DNA of 64,000 bases from Pseudobdellovibrionaceae bacterium. GTDB lineage: Bacteria > Bdellovibrionota > Bdellovibrionia > Bdellovibrionales > JAMPXM01. A program made the translations under genes and the position numbers. Under the pieces are notes generated by a model. It was not told the origin of the DNA and did not search any database. It worked only from the letters and a program-made list of their open reading frames with translations. Numbering within the stretch: the stretch's first letter is position 1; each line of letters opens with the position of its first letter. Of this stretch, positions 17,698 to 26,591 are shown in pieces. The stretch covers positions 19,641 to 83,640 of the forward strand of contig JAJTYM010000007.1 of assembly GCA_021463345.1 (NCBI GenBank), given 5' to 3'.

Positions 17698-18434
17698 CGG
17701 CCCTCCAATTCGAGGAAGAAGCCGCGTTTCTTGAGAAGGTTGGCGTCCGTCCGCAGCTCGAGCTCGAAGGCGGGTTCGCTCTCCCCCTCGACGAAGAAGA
17801 GGACGGTCCCGTGGGTTTCGCGGCCCGTGGCGGCATCGTGACTCGTATCGAGTTCGATGCGCGTGACGCCTTTTCCCCGGTATTGGAGGAAGAGGCCGGC
17901 GACGGGGCCGAGCAGCGTCGCGGGATCGATCGGCCGATCGAAAGCGACCGTGACCGTGCCGAGGAACGTCTGCCCGCGCATGCTTTCCGGAAGGCCTCTG
18001 TCCCCGCGCATTTTGAGGAGACGCGAGATCGACGTGATGAGATTGCCTTCGGCCGAGCGCCATTCGAGCCTCAAGCCGATGGGTTCGCCCGAGCCGCGCA
18101 CGGGCTTGACGAGGGCGTCGATGACGCCGGGGATCCCGTCCGTTCGCTGCCCGGCCCGCCAACTGCGGTAGAGGCAGGGGCCGATCCCGGGGTGCCGGTA
18201 CGCGCGGCCGTCGACCGAGTTCCGGAACCGGCAGGCCAAGGGCTTGAGCCCGAGGGAGGCGGTGAAAACGTCGTCGAGTCGGGTGGAGAGCCTCAGCAAG
18301 GGGCGGTGAACGGCCGGTGCCTCGGCGATCCCGGATGGCGCGGCCCCCGGGCCGTCAACGGCGAACGCCGGCATGGCCGCGGCGACGGCGACGGCGAGCG
18401 CGAGGCGGCGGAGGGCGGGGCGGTTGAGGCGCAC
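17694..18434 (-). CDS. exported hypothetical protein (second gene of the operon)
   Basis: The GTG at 18434 is preceded by AAGGAG with a 7-nt spacer. The signal-like N-terminus is VRLNRPALRRLALAVAVAAAMPAFAV. It is in frame with track ORF 17694..18551. Confidence 0.55.
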   Translation of the reverse strand: MRLNRPALRRLALAVAVAAAMPAFAVDGPGAAPSGIAEAPAVHRPLLRLSTRLDDVFTASLGLKPLACRFRNSVDGRAYRHPGIGPCLYRSWRAGQRTDGIPGVIDALVKPVRGSGEPIGLRLEWRSAEGNLITSISRLLKMRGDRGLPESMRGQTFLGTVTVAFDRPIDPATLLGPVAGLFLQYRGKGVTRIELDTSHDAATGRETHGTVLFFVEGESEPAFELELRTDANLLKKRGFFLELEGR

Positions 18435-18463
18435 GGTCCAGCTCCTTTGGCGAGCGTGATCGG

Positions 18464-19198
18464 TCAGAACGAGTCGAAGACGAACCTGTACGTGAACTTC
18501 TTGGCGTTCTTGACGTACTTGCCTTTGAACGTGCACGTCGCGTCTTCCCACGCGATGCGCCCTGTTTCGAGGTCGACGAGGCTTTGCCGCAGCCCGCAGC
18601 TCGCGTCGACGAGGATGTCGGTCGAGGCTTGGTTGAAGCCGGAGGCGCCGATCCGGATCGATTCGATGCGCAGGTCGAGCAGGTCGGTGAGTTCCGAGCG
18701 GAGAGTGAGGACGAGCGGCGCCGGGGCGCCGGTCTTGTCATGGAAGGTGATGTCGTTGGAGATCACGTTGCCTCCCGCGTCCGTGTTCGCGCTCCAGCGC
18801 ACGACGAGGCCCGCGGTCCTGAGCGTCGCCGTCGGGATGAGTTTGTCCACCTGCGAGCTGCCCGACCGGTCCTGGAGCGGGATCGAGACGTCGCCTTTGA
18901 GCGGGATCTCGGCGCGGGCCTTGAGTTCGTTCGCTCGGCCGTCGTTGCCCATATTGACGCGCAACTGGACGCTCGGGCGCTCGAGCTTCGAGAGGAGTTG
19001 GCCGAGGATGCGCTCGCCGATGGCGGGCTCCTTCTTTGGGACCGGGTTTTTGTCGGCCGGCGCGGAGGCGCCGGGCTGCGGGGCTTTCGGTTTGACGCCG
19101 GGCCGGACGGGGGCGGCCATCAGCAGAGGGGCCGCGAGCAGGGCCGCGCAGAGGCCGATGAGCGCGAAATACGGACGACGGGCATTTTCGGTATTCAT
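18464..19198 (-). CDS. exported hypothetical protein with an OMP-like C-terminal strand (first gene of the operon)
   Basis: The internal ATG at 19198 gives MNTENARRPYFALIGLCAALLAAPLLMAAP. The sequence is beta-rich and ends ...KKFTYRFVFDSF, an alternating hydrophobic pattern with a terminal Phe. Confidence 0.6.
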   Translation of the reverse strand: MNTENARRPYFALIGLCAALLAAPLLMAAPVRPGVKPKAPQPGASAPADKNPVPKKEPAIGERILGQLLSKLERPSVQLRVNMGNDGRANELKARAEIPLKGDVSIPLQDRSGSSQVDKLIPTATLRTAGLVVRWSANTDAGGNVISNDITFHDKTGAPAPLVLTLRSELTDLLDLRIESIRIGASGFNQASTDILVDASCGLRQSLVDLETGRIAWEDATCTFKGKYVKNAKKFTYRFVFDSF

Positions 19199-19490
19199 GG
19201 CCAGACCCTCGACGACATGACGGGTTTTGCGATCGATTCTTCCACGGTCTTTTCCACAGCTGGCCCCGGGGCCGGGCCGCCTCATCGAGATATCCATCGG
19301 GATACCCGGAACGAGAGACACCCAGGCGCGCCTTGAGCCGAGCTTGGAAGAATTGCAGGAACCGTACCCGGGATGCCGGGCGCCGGTCGGCCGATGGATC
19401 TGGTTCCGGGGCCCAACCCGGGGCGCTTGGCGCCTTTTTGCGCCCCGAAGGCGCGCGGAAGGGCGTTTTTCGCGGCCCGGGGCCGGCGAG

Positions 19491-21305
19491 TCAGGTTTTG
19501 TCGACGCTGTAAAGGCGGTCGATGGTCTCTTTGTAGCGGGAATCGACGACTTTCCGCTTCACCTTCAACGACGGCGTCATCTCCCCGCCTTCGATGGAGA
19601 ACTCGCGCGGGAGGATCGCGAAATTCTTGACCGACTCGAAGCTTGCCAGCTGGCTGTTGGCTTCCGCCACCGCCTGGCGGAGAAGCTCGCGCACGCGAGG
19701 GTGCCGGCTCAACGACTCGAGATCCTTGTAAGAGATGTCGTTGTCGTCGGCGAAACGGCGGATCGAACCCAGGTCGAGCGTGAGCAGGGCCACGACGTAC
19801 TTGCGTTGGTCGCCATGGATGTGGACCTGGCTCACGAACGGGCTCGTTTTGAGCAGATTCTCGATTTTTTGTGGCGCGACGTACTTGCCGCCCGCCGTTT
19901 TGATCAGGTCCTTTTTGCGGTCGGTGATGCGCAGGCAACCTTCGGGCCCGATCTCGCCGATGTCGCCCGTGTGGAGCCAGCCGTCCTCGAGCGCCTCGAG
20001 CGTCGCTTCGGGGTTCCGGTAGTACTCGCGCATGACCTTCTTGCTCTTGACGAGGACTTCGCCGTCGCCCGCGATCTTCAGACTCACCTCGCCGATCGGC
20101 TTCCCGACCGTGCCGAAGCGGTAGTCGAAAGGCGTGTTGACGGTGATCGCCGCGGTCGTTTCGGTGAGGCCGTAGCCCTCGATCAGGAGCAGGCCGGCCG
20201 CGTGGAAAAACTCGGCGATCCCGGGGTTCAGGGGCGCGCCGCCGGAGAAGGCGAAGCGGAGCCGCCCGCCCATCTTCTCGGAGATCTTGCCGAGGACGAG
20301 TTTCTTGGCGAGTTGGTACCTGACCGCCAGATCCACGGGGACCGGTTGCTTGCCGACTTTGTGGCGGCTGATCTCGCGGCCGACCGAGATGGCCCAGTCG
20401 AAGACCTTTTTGCGGACCGGGTTGATCCCGGCCTGGGCGAGGATCCCGCTGTGGATTTTCTCGAAAACGCGGGGAACCGCCACGAGCAGGGTCGGTCGCG
20501 CCGACTGCATGTCGTCTTTGATGCGCTCGAGGCTCTCCGCGTAGGCCATCTGGTAGCCGATGAACACGTGGCCCCAGATCTCGATCCGGCCGAGGATGTG
20601 CGTGAACGGGAGGAAGGTGAGCGTGCGGTCGCGCTGGCTCACGCCGAGCAACGGGAAAACCTCGCTCACTTCGCTCATGATGCACGAATGGGGCAGGACG
20701 ACGCCTTTCGGCCGCCCGGTCGTGCCCGACGTGTAGAGGATGGTGGCGACGTCGTCGACGTCGACTTTCAGAGCGGATTCCTTGAACAGGCGTGGCCGGA
20801 GCAGAAGCTCGGCCGCGCCGTGATCCGAGAGCTTGGGGAACGGGATCAGCGACGGGTGCTCGTCGCCGGCTTTGGGCGGATCGAGGACGACGACGTTCTC
20901 GATCGTTTTCGACGTGGCGATGATGTCGCGCAGGCGCTCGGCGGCGGCGGCGTTGTCGACGATCAGCGTGCGCGCTTGGGAGTCCGCGAGTATGAAGGCC
21001 ACGTCCTCGGGCGTGCTGTTGGGGTAGATCGGGACGGTCACCGCCCCCAATCCCAGGATCGCCATGTCGCAGTACGCCCACTCGGGCCGCGTGCGGGCGA
21101 GGATCGCGACGCGGTCGCCGGGTTTGACGCCGAGCCGGTGCAGGCCGGCCGCGGCGCGCTCGACGAGCTCGAGATAGCCGCTCCACGTGGTTTCGAGCCA
21201 ATGTCCTTTTCGGTTGTAAAGAATCGCCGTCTTGTCGGCTTGGCGTTCGGTGATTTCGAGGAGCTTCGCGCAAATGGTGTCGGACATGATGCTGTACTTA
21301 TACAT
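19491..21305 (-). CDS. AMP-dependent synthetase / long-chain-fatty-acid--CoA ligase
   Basis: The AMP-binding motif is LYTSGTTGRPKGVVLPHS, and ...TGDIGEIGPEGCLRITDRKKDLIKTAGGKYV... is also present. The start is set at MYKYSIMSDTI (21305; alternative 21287). The 1136-aa track ORF is upstream read-through. Confidence 0.9.
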   Translation of the reverse strand: MYKYSIMSDTICAKLLEITERQADKTAILYNRKGHWLETTWSGYLELVERAAAGLHRLGVKPGDRVAILARTRPEWAYCDMAILGLGAVTVPIYPNSTPEDVAFILADSQARTLIVDNAAAAERLRDIIATSKTIENVVVLDPPKAGDEHPSLIPFPKLSDHGAAELLLRPRLFKESALKVDVDDVATILYTSGTTGRPKGVVLPHSCIMSEVSEVFPLLGVSQRDRTLTFLPFTHILGRIEIWGHVFIGYQMAYAESLERIKDDMQSARPTLLVAVPRVFEKIHSGILAQAGINPVRKKVFDWAISVGREISRHKVGKQPVPVDLAVRYQLAKKLVLGKISEKMGGRLRFAFSGGAPLNPGIAEFFHAAGLLLIEGYGLTETTAAITVNTPFDYRFGTVGKPIGEVSLKIAGDGEVLVKSKKVMREYYRNPEATLEALEDGWLHTGDIGEIGPEGCLRITDRKKDLIKTAGGKYVAPQKIENLLKTSPFVSQVHIHGDQRKYVVALLTLDLGSIRRFADDNDISYKDLESLSRHPRVRELLRQAVAEANSQLASFESVKNFAILPREFSIEGGEMTPSLKVKRKVVDSRYKETIDRLYSVDKT

Positions 21306-21358
21306 CGAGCCGGGACGGAATGGGCACAGGTTTCTTGAATCGGCTTCGGTGGGCGGCG

Positions 21359-23593
21359 TTACCGGTTCCGGCGCGGAGGGGACGATTGGGAAGGGTCGCG
21401 TCCGCTCGGGAAGCCCAACTCCCCACCCGCTTTTGGCAGGATCTTCGGATAGAGCTTGACGACCCTGCGGAACCCTTCGCCGAGGCGGATGCGCTCGGCC
21501 GCCTCCGCGCCGGTTTGCGGGTCGTAGGCGCGCACGATGACGTCCTCGTTGGCCGCGATCTGCACGCCGAGGAGCGGGCCTCCCAGGGCCCTGCGCTCGT
21601 TGTTGATGTAGATCTCGCCGTTGCCCTCGACGAGGACGTCGATGAACGCCACGCGCGAGACGAAAAGCTTCGGCGCGAGTTTTTCGCCGTTGCGCGTGAA
21701 CCGGCGCTTCACGTTCCAATCGGCGTACTGTTCGCGGCGGATCGTGATCTGGTACTCCCTGTCGGCCTCCACTTGCAGCATCAGCGGCGTCACGTCTTTC
21801 TGCGCGACGCCGTCGATCCAGACTTCCGCCGAAGGGGGCGTGGACGTCACGCTGATGGTGATCATGCGCGCGCCGGGGTTGGGCAGGGGTTCCTGGACGC
21901 TGCTGAGGCTCGCGTCGCCGGCCTTCCCGAACCTCGCCAGGTTCCTGGCCAGCTCGGGCCTGTACATGAAGAACGCGATGGCCGCGACGGCGATGAGGCC
22001 GGCGGCGGCGGCGGGGGAGAGCCGCGCTTTGAGGCCGCTTTCGATGCGCGAGTTGGTCGTCGTGTAACCGTAGCCGCGGCCGCCGTGCCGGTAGCCCGTG
22101 GCCGTGCCGTTGGCGAACGAGCCCTCGCGCACGCCCGTGTCCAGGCGCAGGCCGCCGGCGCGGTTCGAGCTGTCGACGCGGAGTTTGTCGAACTCGAGGC
22201 TCGCGCTGAGCGGGTCTTTCTTTTTCGCCGCGCCGGATTTCTGCTTTTTCGGCGCGTTCGGCTTCTTCGCCTCGGCGGGTTTCGCGGGCGGCTCGGGCGC
22301 GGCCTGAGGCTGCGCTTGCGCCGCCGTCGCCTTTCCCTTCGGGGCCGGCGCGGGTTTGTTCAGGTACCGGGCACCGAGGGACGAGTTCGAATCGGTGTGC
22401 TGGGTGCGTTCCGTCGTCGCCGGCGGCTCGTATTCCGTGCGCGTCGTTTCGGCGGGCCTCGTCGCCTGCGTCGGCGCGCCGAGCGCGCCCGCGTTGGCCG
22501 CCGCCGGGGAAGGGGACGCCGCCGGGGAAGGGGACGCCGCGGACGATGGGGGGGGCGCCACGTTGCCGTTGGCGTCCACGCGCGAGTAGTCGACGATCTT
22601 CTTGCGGTGATCGAGGATCTCGCCGGCGAAGAGCGTTTTGATGAAAACGCTGAAGTCGTGCGGCGAGAAGTCGGGGTACTGGCGGTTGAGGAACCGGCTG
22701 AGCTCGCGATGGAAGGCGGCCGCCGTCTGGTAACGCAGGTTCCGGTCGCGCGCGAGCGCCTTGTTGCAGATGCGCTCGAGCTCGGCCGGGATGTTCGGGT
22801 TGATTTTGCGCAGCGACGGGATCTGGCAATCGCGGATCTTGCGGAGCGTGTTGATCTCGTTGTTGGCGACGAACAGGCGGTCGTTGGCGAGCAGCTCCCA
22901 CAGCACGATGCCGAGCGAGAAGATGTCCGTGCGCAGGTCGACGACTTGGCCCTCGGCCTGTTCGGGGCTCATGTAGCCGAACTTGCCCTTGAGCGTCCCG
23001 GCGCGCGTGGTCTCGATCTGCGTTTCCGCCTTGGCGATGCCGAAATCGACGACCTTCACTTCGCCTTCGAAACTGATCATCACGTTCTGCGGGCTCATGT
23101 CCCGATGGGTGATGTTGAGCGGTTTGCCCGACGAGCGGTCGAGGCAGCGGTGCGCGCTGTCCAATCCCGCGGCGACCTCCTTGACGACGTAGAGGACCTG
23201 CTCGATCGAGAACGACAGGCCGCTCTTTTTCATCTTGTTGAGGATCTGGCGGAGATTCCGACCCTCCACGTAGTCCATGACCAGGAAGAACTGCTCCCGC
23301 TCGACGCCGAACTCGTGGATCGAGACGATGTTCGAGTGCGCGAGATTGACGGCGATCTTCGCCTCGTCCTTGAACATGTCGATGAACTCGGGGCTTTCCG
23401 AGTACTGCGGCAGGATGCGTTTGATCGCGACGAGCTTGCCGATGCCGTCGGCGCCGTTGTTTTTGGCCAGGTACACTTCGGCCATCCCGCCCGTGGCGAG
23501 TTTCTCGAGCAGGATGTGTTTGCCGAAAGGTTCGAACTGTTGGGACACGTCACTTCCCCGCGTTGCCCGCGGCCGGCTTTCCTCTTCAGACAT
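21359..23593 (-). CDS. transmembrane Ser/Thr protein kinase with an extracytoplasmic PEGA-like domain
   Basis: The Hanks kinase motifs are GGMAEVYLAK, VAIKRI, HRDMSPQNVMI, DFGIAKA and GYMSPEQ. A Pro/Ala-rich linker is followed by the TM segment LSPAAAAGLIAVAAIAFFMY. The PEGA-like segment is ITISVTSTPPSAEVWIDGVAQKDVTPLML. Confidence 0.9.
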   Translation of the reverse strand: MSEEESRPRATRGSDVSQQFEPFGKHILLEKLATGGMAEVYLAKNNGADGIGKLVAIKRILPQYSESPEFIDMFKDEAKIAVNLAHSNIVSIHEFGVEREQFFLVMDYVEGRNLRQILNKMKKSGLSFSIEQVLYVVKEVAAGLDSAHRCLDRSSGKPLNITHRDMSPQNVMISFEGEVKVVDFGIAKAETQIETTRAGTLKGKFGYMSPEQAEGQVVDLRTDIFSLGIVLWELLANDRLFVANNEINTLRKIRDCQIPSLRKINPNIPAELERICNKALARDRNLRYQTAAAFHRELSRFLNRQYPDFSPHDFSVFIKTLFAGEILDHRKKIVDYSRVDANGNVAPPPSSAASPSPAASPSPAAANAGALGAPTQATRPAETTRTEYEPPATTERTQHTDSNSSLGARYLNKPAPAPKGKATAAQAQPQAAPEPPAKPAEAKKPNAPKKQKSGAAKKKDPLSASLEFDKLRVDSSNRAGGLRLDTGVREGSFANGTATGYRHGGRGYGYTTTNSRIESGLKARLSPAAAAGLIAVAAIAFFMYRPELARNLARFGKAGDASLSSVQEPLPNPGARMITISVTSTPPSAEVWIDGVAQKDVTPLMLQVEADREYQITIRREQYADWNVKRRFTRNGEKLAPKLFVSRVAFIDVLVEGNGEIYINNERRALGGPLLGVQIAANEDVIVRAYDPQTGAEAAERIRLGEGFRRVVKLYPKILPKAGGELGFPSGRDPSQSSPPRRNR

Positions 23594-23889
23594 CGGCTCT
23601 TGCGTTTCGTTCCTTTAAGGTCGCGCGCGACCCCGGCGGAGCGGTCCGATCCCGGTTTGAGACGGCCGGGTCGGGTCCGGGCGGGGCGTCGCCTCTCGGT
23701 CCCTTCCCTCGCGGCGGCGCGCCAGCTCGCCGGCTGGGCGGTGGTTCCGGGCGATGGTCCTGAAGAGGCGGCTCGCGCGGCCGCGCGCGATGGGTTACGC
23801 TCGGGTGAGGGGAGCGATTTCGGGATTGTTTGGCTCGAAAATCCGGGCCTCGGTCGAGGCGGGGATTGGGGTGGGAGTTGTCCGAGCGG

Positions 23890-24495
23890 ATGAGATGGAT
23901 CGGGCTGACGGGCGGGATCGCGACCGGTAAATCGACGGTCGCGCGCTTGCTGCGCGCGCTCGGCGCGCCCGTGGTCTGCGCCGACGAGCTGTCGCGCGCC
24001 GCCGTGAGGCGGGGCGCCGAGGGCTTCGAGGAAACGGTCGCGGCCTTCGGGCCGGGCGTGGTCGGGCCCGATGGCGAGCTCGACCGCCGGGCGCTGGGCG
24101 CGCGGGTTTTTTCCGATCCGTCGGCTCGCGCCCGGCTCGAGGCGATCATCCACCCCCGCGTGCGCGCCGAGCAGCGTCGTTTGCGCGCCGAAGCTGAAAA
24201 GTCCGGCGCGCCGATCGGTTTTTACGACGTGCCCCTGTTGTTCGAGAAAAACCTCGAGGGCGATTTCGACGCGACGGTCGCCGTGCTCTGCTCGGAGGCC
24301 GCGCAACTCGAGCGGCTGGTCGCGCGCGACGGCTGGCCGATCGAGGAGGCGAAAAAGCGGATCGCGTCGCAACTGCCGCTCGCGGAGAAACGCCGGCGAG
24401 CCGACCACGTCATCGAAAACGACGGCTCGCTCGCGGATCTCGAGCGAGCGACCCGACTCCTGCTCGCCGAGCTCGGGCGGCCCGCGGCGAAGTGA
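23890..24495 (+). CDS. coaE: dephospho-CoA kinase
   Basis: MRWIGLTGGIATGKSTVARLL contains the P-loop, and the length (~200 aa) fits. The ATG is at 23890, within track ORF 23830... Confidence 0.9.
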   Translation: MRWIGLTGGIATGKSTVARLLRALGAPVVCADELSRAAVRRGAEGFEETVAAFGPGVVGPDGELDRRALGARVFSDPSARARLEAIIHPRVRAEQRRLRAEAEKSGAPIGFYDVPLLFEKNLEGDFDATVAVLCSEAAQLERLVARDGWPIEEAKKRIASQLPLAEKRRRADHVIENDGSLADLERATRLLLAELGRPAAK

Positions 24496-24581
24496 CGCCG
24501 CGCCGCGATCCAAGGCGGCGCGAGGGCGAAAAAGCCGGCTTCATCCCGTCGTTTTCCTTCCCAGCCCGTCGGCGGTCCGGG

Positions 24582-25268
24582 TCACCAGGCCCAGGAGTAG
24601 CCGGCGGTGAGGGCGAGTTCGAAGCCTCCGGTGCCGAGCGCGGCTTCGAGCTCGCAGCGGAAGCTGAGGGGGGCCAGGAGCAGGCGTTCGAGGCCGACGG
24701 CGCCGCGCGCTTGCCAGTTGTCGGGTTTGAGAACCGTCGCCAGGCCGTCTTTCGGGATCAGTTTCACGCCCAGGCCGGCTTTGCTGTACGGGCGCAGGCG
24801 CGAGCGGGCGTGGAACCAGCGCCGCGCGAAATGCGCGCGGCCCGTGCCGTCGGAGACGAGATCGAGGCCCCCTTCGTAACTGCGGAGCGTCCGCGTTTGA
24901 TAGAGGAGCTGGAAGCCGACGGAGTAGAGCGCCCGCTCGCCCCCCTCGCCGTCGAGAATCGCTCCCAGCCGCGGCGACATCGATTCGCGGTACGGGAAGA
25001 AGTACTCGCCGCCCACGACACCGCCGGGCGCGCCGCCGCCGGGGGCGGGCGCGATGTCGATCGTTTCGATTTTCTCCGCAGGGGCTTTCTCAGGGGCGCC
25101 GCCCGCGTCTTCCGCCGGGATTTCGAGTTTGGGATCGATCGGCGCCGGCGCTGCGCGCGCGGGCTGCGGCGCGAGCGCGACTAAGACCAAAGTCAATAAT
25201 TGCACCGGACGCCGTTCCCGCATTCCAAAAGTGTACCCGAACAGCGCGCGTTGATAATAGGATTTCAT
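24582..25268 (-). CDS. putative small outer-membrane beta-barrel protein
   Basis: The ATG at 25268 gives MKSYYQRALFGYTFGMRERRPVQLLTLVLVALAPQPARAA. The C-terminal half is strand-like and ends ...ELALTAGYSWAW. The upstream part of track ORF 24582..25691 is an alternative frame of the neighbouring gene. Confidence 0.55.
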   Translation of the reverse strand: MKSYYQRALFGYTFGMRERRPVQLLTLVLVALAPQPARAAPAPIDPKLEIPAEDAGGAPEKAPAEKIETIDIAPAPGGGAPGGVVGGEYFFPYRESMSPRLGAILDGEGGERALYSVGFQLLYQTRTLRSYEGGLDLVSDGTGRAHFARRWFHARSRLRPYSKAGLGVKLIPKDGLATVLKPDNWQARGAVGLERLLLAPLSFRCELEAALGTGGFELALTAGYSWAW

Positions 25269-25295
25269 TAGCCTGGCTTCACGGAGGAATCCCGA

Positions 25296-26522
25296 ATGTC
25301 GTTCGTCACCGAGTGCCCGCGCCGGCGGATGTCCCGCCCGCCTTCGCCCGTTTTCGCCGGACTTTTCGCGGCCGCGCTCGCGCTCTGCGCCGGCGAGGCC
25401 CGGGCTCAGAGCGCGACCGAAGGCTTCGACTTCACCATCCACCAGCACTACCTCTCCACGCGCGCGCTCGGGATGGGCAACGCGTTCACGGCGGTCGCCG
25501 ACGATCACTCGGCCATGTTCTACAATCCGGCGGGGCTCGCGCGTCTCGACGATTGGCGGATGAACTTCAACTTGGGCGGCATGATCGACAAGGACGTGCG
25601 GGGTCTGGTCGATGACATCGAGGCGGCTTCCAAGGCCGGGGACAACATCGCGCGGATCAACCAGATCCTGACGGAGAACTACGGCAAACACTTCTCATCG
25701 CGCGTTCCGACGCTTGGCTGGCAGTGGGTCTGGCCCCGTTGGGGCGTCGCCGTGATCCCGGCCGATCTCAATCTCGAGATGGAAATGCACCAGACCGCCG
25801 GCCCGGCCGCCCAGGTCGTCGCGACCCAGGACTCGACCGTCGCGTTCAGCTACGCGCGCAGCCCGAAGTGGTTCCGGCGCCACAAGGTGAGCTGGGGAGT
25901 GACGACCAAGGCGATCTATCGCGCGTATTTCAACAGATCCCTGAACGCCGTCGATTTCGCGCTCGAATCCGACGTCGTCAAGCTCGAGAACGCGGCCGAG
26001 GGCTTCACGGTCGACGCCGACGCGGGCCTGCTGTTCACGCCCGACACGAAGGGCAGGGGGTTCTGGGGCTGGTCGCCGTTCAAGTTCCTCCGGCCCACCT
26101 TCGGCCTCGCCGTCCGCAACATCGCCGACTACGGGTTCGGTTCGGATTTCAACCTCTACACGAAGACCGCCTCCGCCAAGCCCCCTCGCCTGGAACGCCG
26201 CCTCGATCTCGGCACGATGTGGGAACTGCCGGACTGGTGGGTGTTCAAATCGCGTTTCGCGTTCGACGTGCGCGACATCGGCCACAGCCAGTGGACCTTC
26301 CGCAAGGGCCTGCACACGGGCGTCGAATTCAACTGGAAACTCTTCGGCTGGTGGCAGGGCGGCTGGAGGGCCGGCGTCAACCAGGGTTACCTGACAGTCG
26401 GATTCACCGGCAAGCTCGGCGTTTTCCAGCTCGATCTGGCGACGTACGGGGAAGAGGTCGGGTCGAGCGAAACGAAAAACGAAAGCCGGCGCTACATGGC
26501 CAAAGCTTCTTTCGATTTCTGA
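25296..26522 (+). CDS. outer-membrane beta-barrel protein, paralog 1 (PorV/TraF/FadL-like N-terminal motif)
   Basis: GGAGG RBS. The signal peptide is ...FAGLFAAALALCAGEARAQ. The N-terminal motif is LSTRALGMGNAFTAVADDHSAMFYNPAGLARL. The C-terminus is ...LDLATYGEEVGSSETKNESRRYMAKASFDF. Confidence 0.7.
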   Translation: MSFVTECPRRRMSRPPSPVFAGLFAAALALCAGEARAQSATEGFDFTIHQHYLSTRALGMGNAFTAVADDHSAMFYNPAGLARLDDWRMNFNLGGMIDKDVRGLVDDIEAASKAGDNIARINQILTENYGKHFSSRVPTLGWQWVWPRWGVAVIPADLNLEMEMHQTAGPAAQVVATQDSTVAFSYARSPKWFRRHKVSWGVTTKAIYRAYFNRSLNAVDFALESDVVKLENAAEGFTVDADAGLLFTPDTKGRGFWGWSPFKFLRPTFGLAVRNIADYGFGSDFNLYTKTASAKPPRLERRLDLGTMWELPDWWVFKSRFAFDVRDIGHSQWTFRKGLHTGVEFNWKLFGWWQGGWRAGVNQGYLTVGFTGKLGVFQLDLATYGEEVGSSETKNESRRYMAKASFDF

Positions 26523-26591
26523 CCCGTCGGTTCCGGAGTCCTCGCGGGGGGAGAGTCGCGGGCGGCTCGGCCCGGTGCGGGCGCCGACAGG

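Noticed and set aside
15304-18162. N-terminal extensions of track ORFs 15304..16800, 15365..15994, 16843..18162 and 17694..18551. The same pattern occurs in 24582..25691, 26592..27971, 36605..38014, 38689..40383, 55869..56690 and 56584..57702.
   Set aside because: In each case an internal start gives a clean signal peptide or the conserved family N-terminus, often with an RBS or a stop/start overlap. The extension is compositionally aberrant or overlaps the neighbouring gene.
19380-19490. GC-rich palindromes and T/A runs downstream of the acyl-CoA ligase stop (e.g. GGCGCTTGGCGCCTTTTT), as a possible terminator.
   Set aside because: The T-run follows the hairpin only on the plus strand, where no gene ends. 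On the minus strand the hairpins are followed by A-runs. The orientation does not fit the gene that needs terminating.
19491-22901. A 1136-aa ORF suggesting a giant fusion protein upstream of the acyl-CoA ligase.
   Set aside because: Only the C-terminal ~605 aa (from MYKYSIMSDTI at 21305) looks like protein. The upstream 530 aa is Arg/Pro-rich read-through in an alternative frame of the Ser/Thr kinase gene.
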